Shown here: positions 1 to 10,774 of the stretch, piece after piece
Layout of the letters: each line of letters begins with the position of its first letter
Numbering within the stretch: the stretch's first letter is position 1
NCBI RefSeq assembly: GCF_001194135.2
Contig: NC_068981.1
Coordinates: 47,048,174 to 47,082,665 of the forward strand
Origin: Octopus bimaculoides
Lineage: Eukaryota
Direction: 5' to 3'
Length of the DNA: 34,492 nucleotides
Position numbers and translations under genes: made by a program
Notes under the pieces: model-generated
What the model was told of the DNA's origin: nothing
The model's input: the letters and a program-made list of their open reading frames with translations, nothing else
The model's database searches: none

Positions 1-39
<39 letters not shown>
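1..39. repeat. (AG)n microsatellite
   Basis: Pure AG dinucleotide run at the window start. Confidence 0.98.
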
Positions 40-44
<5 letters not shown>

Positions 45-215
45 CTAGTGATGCTAAATAACTGTTCAGTCTCTTACTCGAGTTTTACTTTACTGGTTGT
101 CAGACGGAAGTGAAGTTTAAAGAATGACAGTGGTTTATAATTGCTTGCGAATGATTAAATGATAAGTATTTGAGAGATCATCAAGTAAACAAAGAAAACT
201 GATTGGGCAGAGCTT

Positions 216-280
216 AATTAATGGCGTTCTTAAAATTAATGGTGTTCTTAAAATTAATGGTGTTCTTAAAATTAATGGTG
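216..280. repeat. 18-bp minisatellite, about 3.6 copies
   Basis: Unit AATTAATGGTGTTCTTAA at 216-233 (one T>C), 234-251, 252-269, partial 270-280. Confidence 0.92.
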
Positions 281-1055
281 TCTGTTTTATCAGATTCTCC
301 GATGATAAAATTATTTACAAAATACGAGCAGAATAAAATGAAATATCTGAGACTAAAACAGATCACAGTGTGTTCATAAAAGTTTATAGCTCTAAATATT
401 TGCAGCAGCGGATAAATTTCAAAGAAAGATTCTTTTATAAATTAGGAATTTAATAAATACAAACGCCATAAGTCAACAATTTAAATAGAGGAGCAAACGT
501 GAAGCGCATTTTGTTTTTAGTAACAGTAGCTAAACAGAGTCTGTGTAGCAGAAAGCAAAATCAGATAAAATTAGTAAGACTGAAGATTGGGAAGCCAAGC
601 ATTGAAATACGTCACTATCCACATTATTAGTTTGTAAAAAGCAGACATGCGCACTTATACATGCAAAAACTAAGCCAGATACACAAATACACAAATATTT
701 ATATACACAGGATAAACCCGATTAGAAATCTTGCATGAGGTACATAAATCAGTTAGACAGAGTGAGTGGGGAAGTGTGATGATCAAAAAGAAATGCAGTA
801 TTTATTTGGTGCAATGAAAGCAAAATTAGACACATAAACAATTTGTTTGAAAAATGAAAACTCCTTGATCAGTCAGATATTAATATTTATTTCATGACTT
901 ACCAAATAATTATTATTATACCAGTTATAAAACTTTTATAAACCAATATTGATATACAAGGCTATATTCTCGTGGTATCTGTTACAGATTATCTCTTTAT
1001 CGATATATTGATAAGTAAATATATATATATAGATATATATATATATATATATATA

Positions 1056-1318
1056 NNNNNNNNNNNNNNNNNNNNNNNNNNNNNNNNNNNNNNNNNNNNN
1101 NNNNNNNNNNNNNNNNNNNNNNNNNNNNNNNNNNNNNNNNNNNNNNNNNNNNNNNNNNNNNNNNNNNNNNNNNNNNNNNNNNNNNNNNNNNNNNNNNNNN
1201 NNNNNNNNNNNNNNNNNNNNNNNNNNNNNNNNNNNNNNNNNNNNNNNNNNNNNNNNNNNNNNNNNNNNNNNNNNNNNNNNNNNNNNNNNNNNNNNNNNNN
1301 NNNNNNNNNNNNNNNNNN
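1056..1318. other. Assembly gap next to a (TA)n run
   Basis: N run. Other gaps: 4229-4238, 6891-6900, 28364-28635, 29565-29799, 31456-31817; most abut microsatellites. Confidence 0.99.
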
Positions 1319-1701
1319 TATATAGCAATAAGAAATTGGAGGTGAATAGGTGGTATTCATCAACTTGCAGATATTGTATTGTTTCAATTTTACTGCTTGT
1401 TTGTTAACTAAGAGGACAATAATAACAATATACAAACACATGCGACATATTATGTCGTATCAGTAATTAAAAAAGGACATCTAGTGACCGAAAATGGGAC
1501 AATGACTTACAGCCAGAAATTCTGGTAAATACCTCAGTTAGTACTCCGAGCGTTAACCTGGCTTAGAGATGATATAAACCGAGTAAAGGGTACACACATT
1601 ACATACGAGGCTACTCACTAATCTATGCGTTGGTACATTATTCTCAAAATATATCATCAATAAGACAGAGAAAGAAAAACAATGTTCTTACACTACTTTA
1701 T

Positions 1702-1919
1702 TCGACCTAAGGATTTATTCTTTGTAAGCCTAGTACTTATTCTATCGGTGTCTGTTGCCGAACCGCTAATTTACCGAGGCGTAAATACACCAAAGGACCA
1801 TCGATGGTGTGGGGACAAGCACAGACACACAAACATATACATGCATAGATATATACGACGAGCTTCGTTCAGTTTCTATCTACCAAATCCACTCACGAGG
1901 CGTTGGTCGGCCCGAGGCT

Positions 1920-1921
<2 letters not shown>
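1702..1921 (-). mobile_element. SINE body fragment (octopus-type tRNA-derived family)
   Basis: TAGCCTCGGGCCGACCAACGCCTCGTGAGTGGATTTGGTAGA on the minus strand and AAGCCTAGTACTTATTCTATCGG match an octopus SINE consensus as I recall it; GGTGTGGGGACAA is shared with 7145-7330. Confidence 0.7.

Positions 1922-1923
<2 letters not shown>

Positions 1924-1958
<35 letters not shown>
1924..1958. repeat. (TA)n microsatellite
   Basis: Pure TA run abutting the SINE fragment. Confidence 0.95.
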
Positions 1959-1960
<2 letters not shown>

Positions 1961-2304
1961 CTTCTTTTAATTTTGAGGATGCTTTAGTTCAGTAATATAT
2001 CTTTCTAGGTTGTTATGGTGTGTTTTTATTTAGTTTAGTTCTTCGTTTTTATTTTCTAAACATGGGAAAGGTAAATAGGGGTGCAATATTGAATTTCGCA
2101 CGCCCAATAAATTTTAGGGGTTGTAAGTCTGGTGTTGACCTGTCTTTGGCTGGTCCTGCGCATGTGAACGTTATCCAGCACTCTGTATACGACACAAGAC
2201 GGTCGGTATCCTTCCATTCCACCGTTCAACAGATTACAGGAAGGTCGACTACAATAACTAGAGTTTAGATGAATAGTTGAATGCTTCCTCGTGCCGTCAC
2301 CTGG

Positions 2305-2393
2305 CAGGTGAGATTTGAACTCAGAATATAGAGAGCCGGAAGATATACCCTAAATCATTTCTTCCAACACCCCCAACGATTCTGCCGCACTCG
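2305..2393 (-). mobile_element. SINE 5' fragment (GGCGAGCTGGCAGAA-type family)
   Basis: Minus strand GCGGCAGAATCGTT...TTCTGAGTTCAAATCTC with a B-box-like GAGTTCAAAT; similar to 8872-8925, 10267-10395 and 13310-13522. Confidence 0.7.
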
Positions 2394-2397
2394 CACC

Positions 2398-2521
2398 CGG
2401 AGGGCAATGTGAAATGTCGTGTTTTACTCAAGAACACAACGCACCGCTCGGTCCGGGAATCGAACTCACGACCTATCGATCGAAAGTGAAACGCCCTAAC
2501 CATTAGGGCACGCACCTTCAC
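2398..2521 (-). mobile_element. tRNA-derived SINE head
   Basis: Minus strand A-box-like TGCCCTAATGGTT (2498-2510) and B-box GTTCGATTCC (2456-2465), followed by GCGTTGTGTTCTTGAGTAAAACAC; no acceptor stem. Confidence 0.8.
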
Positions 2522-2544
2522 TATACTTCAATATATACTGCGCA

Positions 2545-2900
2545 AACGTTGTGTATGGTACCAAATTTAGAGGAAGCAGTGTGAGTAACAGAAATAATGT
2601 TCCGCCCGGAGTTCGTCTAATGACAGAGATCTCAGTAATGTTCTTTAAGGCGTTAGACAGACATTTACCGCCTTCTAGCAGGTATAGTAAAATATTCAAT
2701 AGACATAGTTAGAAGTCTGCAAATTCAACTAGACTTAATTTAGCGGTTACTACAGTGGCTATTAAACGTTAGAAAACTGAACATATTCATCATGAATGCA
2801 CGCTCATATCTTCATGCTAAACGTATAGACCAGTCTGGCCATCTTTAGTGGAACACGTCTATCATGTGCAGATGACGTTGGTGATAATATCTAAGATTTT
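2545..2900 (+). mobile_element. Highly degraded Penelope-like element fragment (region between RT and GIY-YIG)
   Basis: 2641-2709 translates FFKALDRHLPPSSRYSKIFNRHS, resembling the FLxLIDKHFPxxxxLHKIFNRNT motif of GIY-YIG-bearing PLEs; downstream frames are full of stops. Confidence 0.5.
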
Positions 2901-4156
2901 ACTCTGTGTAAGAACAACAGCATTAACAGAATAAATAAAGCCTTTTATGACAACTTGTTTAAGAGAATGTTTAACAGTAGCATTCTCCTTAGATAACACA
3001 TGCCTCTAAGTGCTCGATCAGAACACTTGGGAGCGTCTTTTGTTATATGGGCTCTTCACCTCAAAGTTCAAGGACATTATTACATTATACCATTCACTGT
3101 TTTAAATAAAAAAAAATAAAAAAGATAACTGCACATCGTTGATCAATTACATCAGATAACTAGGGAAACGACGAAATATCCAACAGAGGAATATTGTTTT
3201 CTCTCTTTCGCAGTCTATTATAGATAGTGCTCTTCTTTATTGAGGGGACTGTAGCAGTTGTAATTAGTGCTTGGTAGAGGCTCTCGAAATATTTAGTTGT
3301 AAATAGAACCAAATTAACAAACGTAACACAATTAATTTGCTATTCTCTTTCTTAAGCAAAACATTCTTAAAGTTTCCTCACAAGAATTCCACATAAATAA
3401 ACAACCTGGATATAAGCAAATAAAATTAATGCCTGCGATATGTTATTAGGAATTCTTTTTCCTTCATAATTTACTAACTGTGGAATATACCAATTTCTCT
3501 TTTCCTAACTTAATCTTAGTTTTTAATCTTATCCTTAATTATTGAGTCGAACATAATTCAGTTAAATTTGATTTAATTGAATTCCCTATAACCATAGTAA
3601 ACCTGATATTGCTCGAAAGAAAAGAGAAGCAAATAATTAACTTATATATTCTAATCACTGTTACTTTCCATCCACTTGACATTCCCTCGGTTCTTCTTAT
3701 ATTTGCTTTACACACATCTCTATTGCTGACAACCCAACAAATACAGCTGTAACAGAACAATTACCTTCCACAAACTATATTCTCACACACTAACATACTC
3801 CTAATCATGACATCTAAGGACTGTGAATTCGGCACGGATATAATATACCATGGAAGACAATCTGATATGTTTGTTATTTGCACCAACATTTCTACGTCTT
3901 GGTTGCAGTATGTTCTGCTGCAAACAATAACATTTCCACTCTAAAGAAAAGGACTGAGTGTAGTGGTTCATCATTTAATTGATGATTTGACTAATTAATT
4001 GATTGCTTATACAAACAAGACAGTCAGATGCGGGAAATATTTTCAAAGATATATTCAAAACATTTCAAAATAAACATTTCTAAGTTACGTTAGATTAAAA
4101 CACTTTGTCTTTTGTCTGATTGCATACATTATACATAAATGCATGTTTGGGGGTAT

Positions 4157-4174
4157 TTAAATATATACATGTAC

Positions 4175-4228
<54 letters not shown>

Positions 4229-4238
4229 NNNNNNNNNN

Positions 4239-4283
<45 letters not shown>

Positions 4284-4365
4284 TGTGTGTGTGTGTGAGA
4301 GAGTGTGCGTGTGTATACACACGCATACATACATACGTGTGTGTGTGTGTGTATATATATATATA
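4157..4365. repeat. Compound (TA)n/(GT)n microsatellite with 10-N gap
   Basis: Direct inspection. Confidence 0.95.
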
Positions 4366-4744
4366 TTGTGGCACTCCATCGGTTACGACGACGAGGGTTA
4401 CAGTTGATCCGATCAATGGAAGAGCCTGCTCGTGAAACTAACGTGTAAGTGGCTGAGCACTCCACTGAAGTATAAATCTTTAACGTAGTTCTCGAGGAGA
4501 TTCAGCGTGACAGAGTGTGACAAGGCTGGCCCTTTGAAATACAGGCACAATAGAAATAGGAAGAATGAGTGCGATAAAATCGTGGTGAAAGAGTACAGCA
4601 GGGCTCCCCGCCATCCCGCTCCCGGAGCCTCATGGAGTTTTAGGGTTTTTTCGCTCTATAAACACTCACAACACCCGGTTGGGAATCGAAACCACGCTAC
4701 CACGACTATGAGTTCACTGCACAAACCACTGGGCCATTGCGCCT

Positions 4745-4747
<3 letters not shown>
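4366..4747 (-). mobile_element. Near full-length tRNA-derived SINE
   Basis: Head GTAGAGGCGCAA, A box TGGCCCAGTGG (4726-4736), B box GGTTTCGATTCC (4682-4693), body ending CCCTCGTCGTCGTAACCGATGGAGTGCCAC and running into the TA/CA tail. Confidence 0.85.
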
Positions 4748-4787
<40 letters not shown>

Positions 4788-4858
4788 ACACACACACATA
4801 CACACACACGTGCACACGCACACGCACACGCACACGCACGCGCACACGCACTCGCACA
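4745..4858. repeat. (CTA)n followed by CA/CACG repeats
   Basis: Direct inspection. Confidence 0.95.
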
Positions 4859-5399
4859 AAGTGGTGAGCACAACTAATCAATAAGTTAGCTTTATTAACT
4901 GCTAATCCGCTAACTAAGAGATTATCTTCGCAAACGCATAACCCCTAAACGGTGGGGGGGGGGTAGCGGAAACTTACACTAACTGATAAACGCTAATTTT
5001 ATCATATGAATTTAGGTTCGGTTTGGTTGTTTGGCTCTAAAGCCCTTAAAAACAAACCTAGAGAGCTGGAATTTACGTGGTGTAGCTTAGACACAGAGCT
5101 TTCGAAAAAGGTATAGCATACCAAGTTCAGATGAGGATGAAGGGGCTTGCAAGTAATCAAATGAACAAATGAAATTAGACTTTAGTTTTCCAGTCACATT
5201 GCACTTTATTTATTGTATAAAACATATCAATAAGGTATACTATAACATAGGTATGATGCCAAGATCAGATGATCATTTACAACGGCTAATTTTCCCCTTT
5301 ACGTAAAATGTCTATTTTATGCTTTCTTAAAATTTCAAAATAACTTACCCACTCTGGGATGGTACTGGTGTTTTTTTTTTCTTTGCCCACCACTCAAAG

Positions 5400-6660
5400 T
5401 CTGCCTTATACCTCTTCAATCTCGCCAGAGATGCCGGGTCCACCACGGTACAGAGAATGTTTTCCGGCAGCATCCTTACACCTGCTGTATCGAACCTTTA
5501 TTGCTGCATCCCACGTGTCTATCCCATTATACCTTTTTTTCCTTTATACAGAATAACATTTTCCTTCATACAGAATACATTTCCTTTATACAGATTAACA
5601 TTTTCTATCCCAGGGCGAGGGTGGAGGATTTGGGGCTCCTGTGTGCTTGTGCTTGTCTTTATATCAGGTGGGGTATAGAGAGTGGTTGGGGTAGAGTGCG
5701 TGAGGTTGGGGGACGAGTGGGTGTGGGACAGGGGTCATTCTTTACCACACGTGTCCTCTTTATCCTTTTTCTCTTCTTCTACGTTATCTCCCATCTATCG
5801 TTTGTCTCTGCTTCCTCAATGCTGGTGCTTGTCTTCCTCGGTATTCTCCTATCGTTACCTCCACGGGCTGTGGAGCACCAACCAATCTGTCACTCTCCTC
5901 AGCCTTTTCCAGTGCTGGAAGTCACACCGCTCTAATGTGACCCTTCAGGCCATATTTATAACACCGCGGAGTTCTTCCCTCCGCTTTAACTTTCAAATTA
6001 GTTTCTCCCAATGCGATGTTTTCTACTATCTTTTCCAACTCCTCCGCAACCTATACAACCATTTCAAGGGTTCGTCCCTTCTAGTTCCTCTGGGGCGTTT
6101 TGGTGACGTGTAAGACCACCATCTTCTCCTCCATGCCCAGCAGTATGGCAGCCACCAGCCAAGCTACATTCACTTCTTGTGGTATGTCTTCTACTCGAAA
6201 CCTGGAGGTACGTCTCCCAAGGTGTACTGTTAGAAGCATCAATTCGTCTGTTTTCAGTAGTGTGGCAGAGGGCAATCTGGCAGTTGCTATCTCCCTAATC
6301 TGCACATCCACCATTACATATTTTCGTCCCAAGTCAAAGTATGGTGTTTCCTGCCAGACTGACCTTAGTGCCTTTTCCATCTGCGCCTCCGACACCACTT
6401 TAATTCTCCTTGTTGCCACTGCGTATGTTCTGTAGACAATTGTCTTTTCAGCCTTGTCCTTTAATACTGGTTGTGATGGGTGGAAACCTTCACATCGTTC
6501 CTCTCCCTTTCAAGAATTTTCTTGAACATTCTCAGCTCTTCCAGATTACATTCTTCAATTTTTCCCTTAGCCGCCGCTGCATAGTTCCTATTCTCCATCT
6601 CCTTGTTTATGTTTCTGAAGCATTCCACCAACTCCTCCTCAGACTAATCGAGTTCTGAGT
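5400..6660 (-). mobile_element. Degraded ORF1 (gag-like) and 5' UTR of an L1/Tx1-type LINE
   Basis: Starts MENRNYAAAAK (about 6598), then KTIVYRTYAVATRRIK...EKALRSVW...RVEDIPQEVNVAWLVAAIL, and a decayed CX2CX4HX4C knuckle CYKYGLKGHIRAV* at 5963-5922 (second Cys TAT, last Cys TGA). Multiple stops and frameshifts. Confidence 0.8.
5539..5602. repeat. 20-22 bp imperfect tandem repeat, 3 copies
   Basis: TTCCTTTATACAGAATAACATT / TTCCTTCATACAGAATACAT / TTCCTTTATACAGATTAACATT. Confidence 0.85.
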
Positions 6661-6705
6661 AAAAATGCTTCAAATTCTCATAACTCCTCGTTCGACGCAC
6701 ATCCA

Positions 6706-7043
6706 TCACACAAGAGGAAAAACGTCAAACAGACAAGACAAAAAAGAAAAAAAAATGTGCATCTCAAACAAAACCAACAATCCAAATGAATTAAGAGAAA
6801 CCGGAACCCAACTTCTTACCATGCAGCTACGCCTATATATATATATACATACATAGAATATATATATATATATATATATATATGTAAATANNNNNNNNNN
6901 TCACACAAGAGGAAAAACGTCAAACAGACAAGACAAAAAAGAAAAAAAAAATGTGCATCTCAAACAAAACCAACAATCCAAATGAATTAAGAGAAACCGG
7001 AACCCAACTTCTTACCATGCAGCTACGCCTATATATATATATA
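6706..7043. other. About 140-bp direct duplication across a 10-N gap (probable assembly artefact)
   Basis: 6706-6848 is identical to 6901-7043; the second copy starts exactly after the gap at 6891-6900. Confidence 0.85.
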
Positions 7044-7144
7044 CACACACACACATATATAACCTGTGTAAGCGTGCTACCTGATAATATAATCATTGTG
7101 AAGGTTGTTTTTGCACGACATTCTTTCAATTTTTCGTTTATTTG

Positions 7145-7330
7145 TTTCAATTGTAGGACGGCGGCCATGCTGAGGCACCGCTTTGAAGACATTCTGGTCG
7201 AACAGATCGACTACTTAGATTTGGAGTCTGGTACATATATCGGAATATTTTACCGGTTACAGCGACGTAAAGAAACCAGCACGGGTTGTCCAGCGGTGTG
7301 GGGACAAACATTGACACATATATACATGCA
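7145..7330 (-). mobile_element. SINE 3' body fragment, same family as 1702-1921
   Basis: GGCGGCCATGCTGAGGCACCGC...GTCGAACAGATCGAC...GGTGTGGGGACAAACA. Confidence 0.65.
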
Positions 7331-7811
7331 TACGTACTCGCGCACGCACATATTTATACAGACACACAGACAGACATACATATAATTTATACATGCTTTC
7401 AATGTGTGTATGCACGCCCGTATTTGTGTGCTTCTGTGTGAATGTATGTTTGAAGAATGATGGAGAAACAAACGCTGGAACAAATATTTTAGAGGCAATC
7501 GACATACATATATACGTTTGACACTTCTAACATTTCACCTACGCAAAGTTTCAACAGAAAGTTTGCTTATTATTTCTTTTTAATAATCATAACATTTCGT
7601 TTCCGTACTAATTTCGTAATATTCAAGATCAAAAATCGCATTCTGGAGAGAAGAAGAAAAAATAATATCTATAAAAACAGAGGGACTGTTTGCATAATAC
7701 CTCGTCGTTATTGTTAGTCTTGTTTTCCTTTTACTTTTCATATTATCCTTATTCAATATCTACTGATTTCTTCTCTTCACGCGTTCCTAATCCTCCTTTT
7801 CCCATCCTCTT

Positions 7812-7889
7812 CCACCACCACCTCCGTCATTGTCATAATCATCATCATCATCGTCGTCGTCCTCATCCTCACCATCATCATCATCGTCG
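7812..7889. repeat. Degenerate (CAT/CAC/CGT)n trinucleotide repeat
   Basis: Direct inspection. Confidence 0.85.
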
Positions 7890-8191
7890 TTTTTCTCTGT
7901 CATATATTTAAATAACTATTCAATTATTTGTTCGCTACATCATCAATTTTGCAGTTAAACACATTCTTGTTAGATTCCTTTTCTCATAGATGTTTGTGCC
8001 AGAAATCCTATAAGGTGCACGCTCACTAGATATTCACTAACTACAATGAAATCAATCATTTGTGCTTGAGTTACAAAACGATGGGTAAAACAACTGATTA
8101 GCTAATTATTTGAATTCTTAATTACTGTTTGCTAATGATAAAAATAATGTTTGTGTTTCGCTCCTAAATTTATTTTCCGAAGGCCTTCCCG

Positions 8192-8274
8192 TACATACAG
8201 ACATACATACCTACATACATACCTACATACATACATACATACATAGATACATACATACATACATACATACATAC
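8192..8274. repeat. (ACAT)n microsatellite
   Basis: Direct inspection. Confidence 0.95.
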
Positions 8275-8276
8275 TA

Positions 8277-8651
8277 CGGACGGGGAGTGCTAAGCAGTGA
8301 ATTGCAGAAATGTATTGTTATTACCAGTTCAAATAGGCGTGTGGCACGTTTGGACACATCAATAACCCATTCACTGTGTGTTGTTATGGAGAACATTTCT
8401 CGACTTAGACAGAGTGGTGTTCATTGACAAACATCAGTTCGAAGCGCCACCTATTTAAACAGTGAGATGCAAACATTTTGGAGTAGTTATCTCCTCTTCA
8501 GCCACAGATACCATTCTGTCTACACCGAGAAATTTTCTTCATGGCAAAATGCAGTGAATGGCTTACATCCGAGTCTAAATGTGTCACATGCATATTACAA
8601 CTGGTAATAACATTACATTTCTACACTTTACTGCTTAGCACTCCGTCTCCG
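8277..8651. mobile_element. 375-bp MITE with 53-bp terminal inverted repeats and TA target site duplication
   Basis: Left TIR 8277-8329 vs reverse complement of 8599-8651 match at 46/53 positions; TA at 8275-8276 and 8652-8653; no coding capacity. A TA duplication is typical of Tc1/mariner. Confidence 0.88.
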
Positions 8652-8871
8652 TAATTTGCTTGCGGTCAGCCGCCGCAGTGGCCCTGGCATAGCTCTCAAT
8701 ACTGGATACGCTACCACTCGCCGCAGCTGGGGAAAAAAACAGCAGCTCGCGTGAAACATAACAATAATAATTCCACAAAAAATCACAATTATTCACAAAG
8801 ACAACTTACAGTAATTCACAGAGTTTTCACAGAGTAACACAGCAGTTTTCACAACAATTCACAGAACCGTT

Positions 8872-8925
8872 ATACTGCTAAGCAGTTCAACCGGCGTGCT
8901 AACGGTTCTACCAGCTCGCCACCTT
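8872..8925 (-). mobile_element. SINE head fragment
   Basis: Minus strand GGTGGCGAGCTGGTAGAACCGTTAGCACGCCGGTTGAACTGCTTAGCAGTAT. Confidence 0.75.
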
Positions 8926-8951
8926 GAACTGGTAAAAATATTACATACATA

Positions 8952-8952
<1 letters not shown>

Positions 8953-9022
<70 letters not shown>

Positions 9023-9040
9023 CCCCACACACACACACAT
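8953..9040. repeat. (CA)n microsatellite
   Basis: Direct inspection. Confidence 0.97.
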
Positions 9041-10266
9041 AAATATGTATTTTTGTTTGTGCGTATGTTCATAATTTTTGCACATGTACAATTACAGGCA
9101 TGGTGGCAGGTTGATCGTAGTTCACATGTATATTTAATAAACATTTGGGTTGACCAGGTATATGTAATGCTAATCAGAACTCGGTTCACTTCATTTCACT
9201 TGACGTGAATAGTTATCTGTATGCCGAATATGTTGGGCATATAGCCAGTCTTGCTAAGGCTTCCGAAACGGATGTATGTCAGCTCAACAATGAATATGAA
9301 TATTGCTTGTTAATGACCAAGCTGTAAAGCGAAGATGACTTTGTAGACCTGTTGAAGATTACAGGTTTTCAACAATTCTTGCATAAAATAATGCTCTCAG
9401 CTGTATGCAGTATTAAATCATGGTAACTGACATTATGAGTACATACTTGGTTCCTTAGACAACTAAAATAAATGCATTGACGCATTATTTTGTGTCTGGG
9501 TAGAGTCATATTGCCGTAATGCCTTATTATCTAACACACTCCATTGAGAAGGTTGCAAAATCAACGTAAGTTTTGGAAGGAAAAAATAAAAATAATAAAT
9601 GAGTGGAAAGCAAACCGGTGACTGAGTCAGATAATAAAGCATTTAAGCAATATAACTCTCCCCAGATACAATGTAATTTGCTTTAACACACGAATTCACT
9701 TCAAGAATTTTGCAAACCAGATGCAAGAACGAAGTATAAGTTGAATATTCGAAGGCATTATTGTGTAACTATAGGTTTCGTTTCTCTTGCGAGCTGTTTC
9801 AGCTATGCATGTTAACTGCAACTCCTTCGCAATACATGAAATTATTGGATATATTGTTGTTTTCCTTGATGCACTGGGATTTGAATTCCTCAATGTAATT
9901 TCATATAAAGTGCATTTTTAAGATCTAATGAAAGGCTGCCAGCAGCTTGTACCTGTTTATTTCCCCAAGGCATACATCAAATCATATTACTTATTTGGAT
10001 GTAATCTATGTAGAACTGTAGGTCTAGTCTTTATACAAGACAGTTGCTATTTCTAATTTTGTTAATTAGAAGGCAACAGCAATATATATATACCGTCAAT
10101 CACATAATTTTATCATACAGAGTTATCGTAAGATCCAAACGGAAAACAATAACTAATTTAATGTCTAATTTGCGGAGTTAAATAAGGCAATATTTCTTTC
10201 TACTCCAGACACGAAGCATTACATTTAGAAGGTGTCTAGTCTATGTTATCAACACAGGTACTTACT

Positions 10267-10395
10267 GCTCCTTACTTTATCAACCCCGATAGGATGAAAA
10301 GCAATGTCGACCTCGGCGAAATTTGAACTCAGAATGTAGACAGTTGAAATGTCGCTAAGCGTTATGTCCGACGAGCTAAAAATTCTGGCAGTTCG
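10267..10395 (-). mobile_element. SINE copy (GGCGAGCTGGCAGAA-type family)
   Basis: Minus strand CTGCCAGAATTTTTAGCTCGTCGG...TTCTGAGTTCAAATTTCGCCGAGGTCGACATTGCTTTTCATCCTATCGGGGTTGATAAAGTAAG. Confidence 0.8.
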
Positions 10396-10529
10396 AGAAA
10401 TATCATATTTTGTCTTATCTCGACGTTTCATATTAAACTTATACCATTAGCTGAAATATGAGTATGACGTTATACGTATACAAAATGTGGTGTAGTCATT
10501 GATTTTGAATAGATATATGTTTAAATAAA

Positions 10530-10620
10530 AGCAATGACGAAACAAGAACAGAAAGCACAAACCTCCGCCAAGGCAACAACAACGTTCTCGATATTTTTAT
10601 TGCTCGGAAGAGGCTAAATA
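10530..10620 (-). mobile_element. Probable 3' end of a Helentron-type non-autonomous element (HINE-like)
   Basis: Minus strand GCCTTGGCGGAGGTTTGTGCTTTCTG; ACCTCCGCC (10561-10569) is an inverted partner of GGCAGAGGT (13058-13066). Confidence 0.45.
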
Positions 10621-10774
10621 TTGAGATTAAACATTACAAATACAATGCAAAACATATAATCGGGGAAATAAAAATGCAAAAAGAAACCGAGCAAAGAAGA
10701 GAAAATAAAAGAAATGAATGAAATTATGAAAATGATAAAATGAGGCGCAATGCCAACTCGACCCCTGAAGTCGA

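Noticed and set aside
216-280. CRISPR array (also 5539-5602)
   Set aside because: Repeats are contiguous with no spacers, no cas genes, eukaryotic context.
936-1441. ORFs spanning the N gap (also 28224-28707, 29557-29844, 31435-32044)
   Set aside because: Open only because N codons and simple repeats contain no stops.
2496-2699. Minus-strand ORF with a hydrophobic stretch
   Set aside because: Antisense to the better-supported Penelope-like motif and overlapping a SINE head.
3160-3770. Minus-strand GPCR-like or membrane-protein remnant
   Set aside because: Short open stretches with hydrophobic bias but no recognisable family motif; compatible with AT-rich chance.
4680-4747. tRNA gene (also 2450-2521)
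   Set aside because: A and B boxes are present but there is no acceptor stem or full cloverleaf, and SINE body follows.
4095-4884. Poly-HT/VC/YI ORFs (also 8870-9189, 19863-20781, 22050-22476, 25195-25612, 30764-31421)
   Set aside because: Translations of microsatellites; the only meaningful parts are transposon fragments already annotated.
4936-5360. Possible piggyBac/hAT-like non-autonomous element
   Set aside because: Could not find matching terminal inverted repeats or a TSD.
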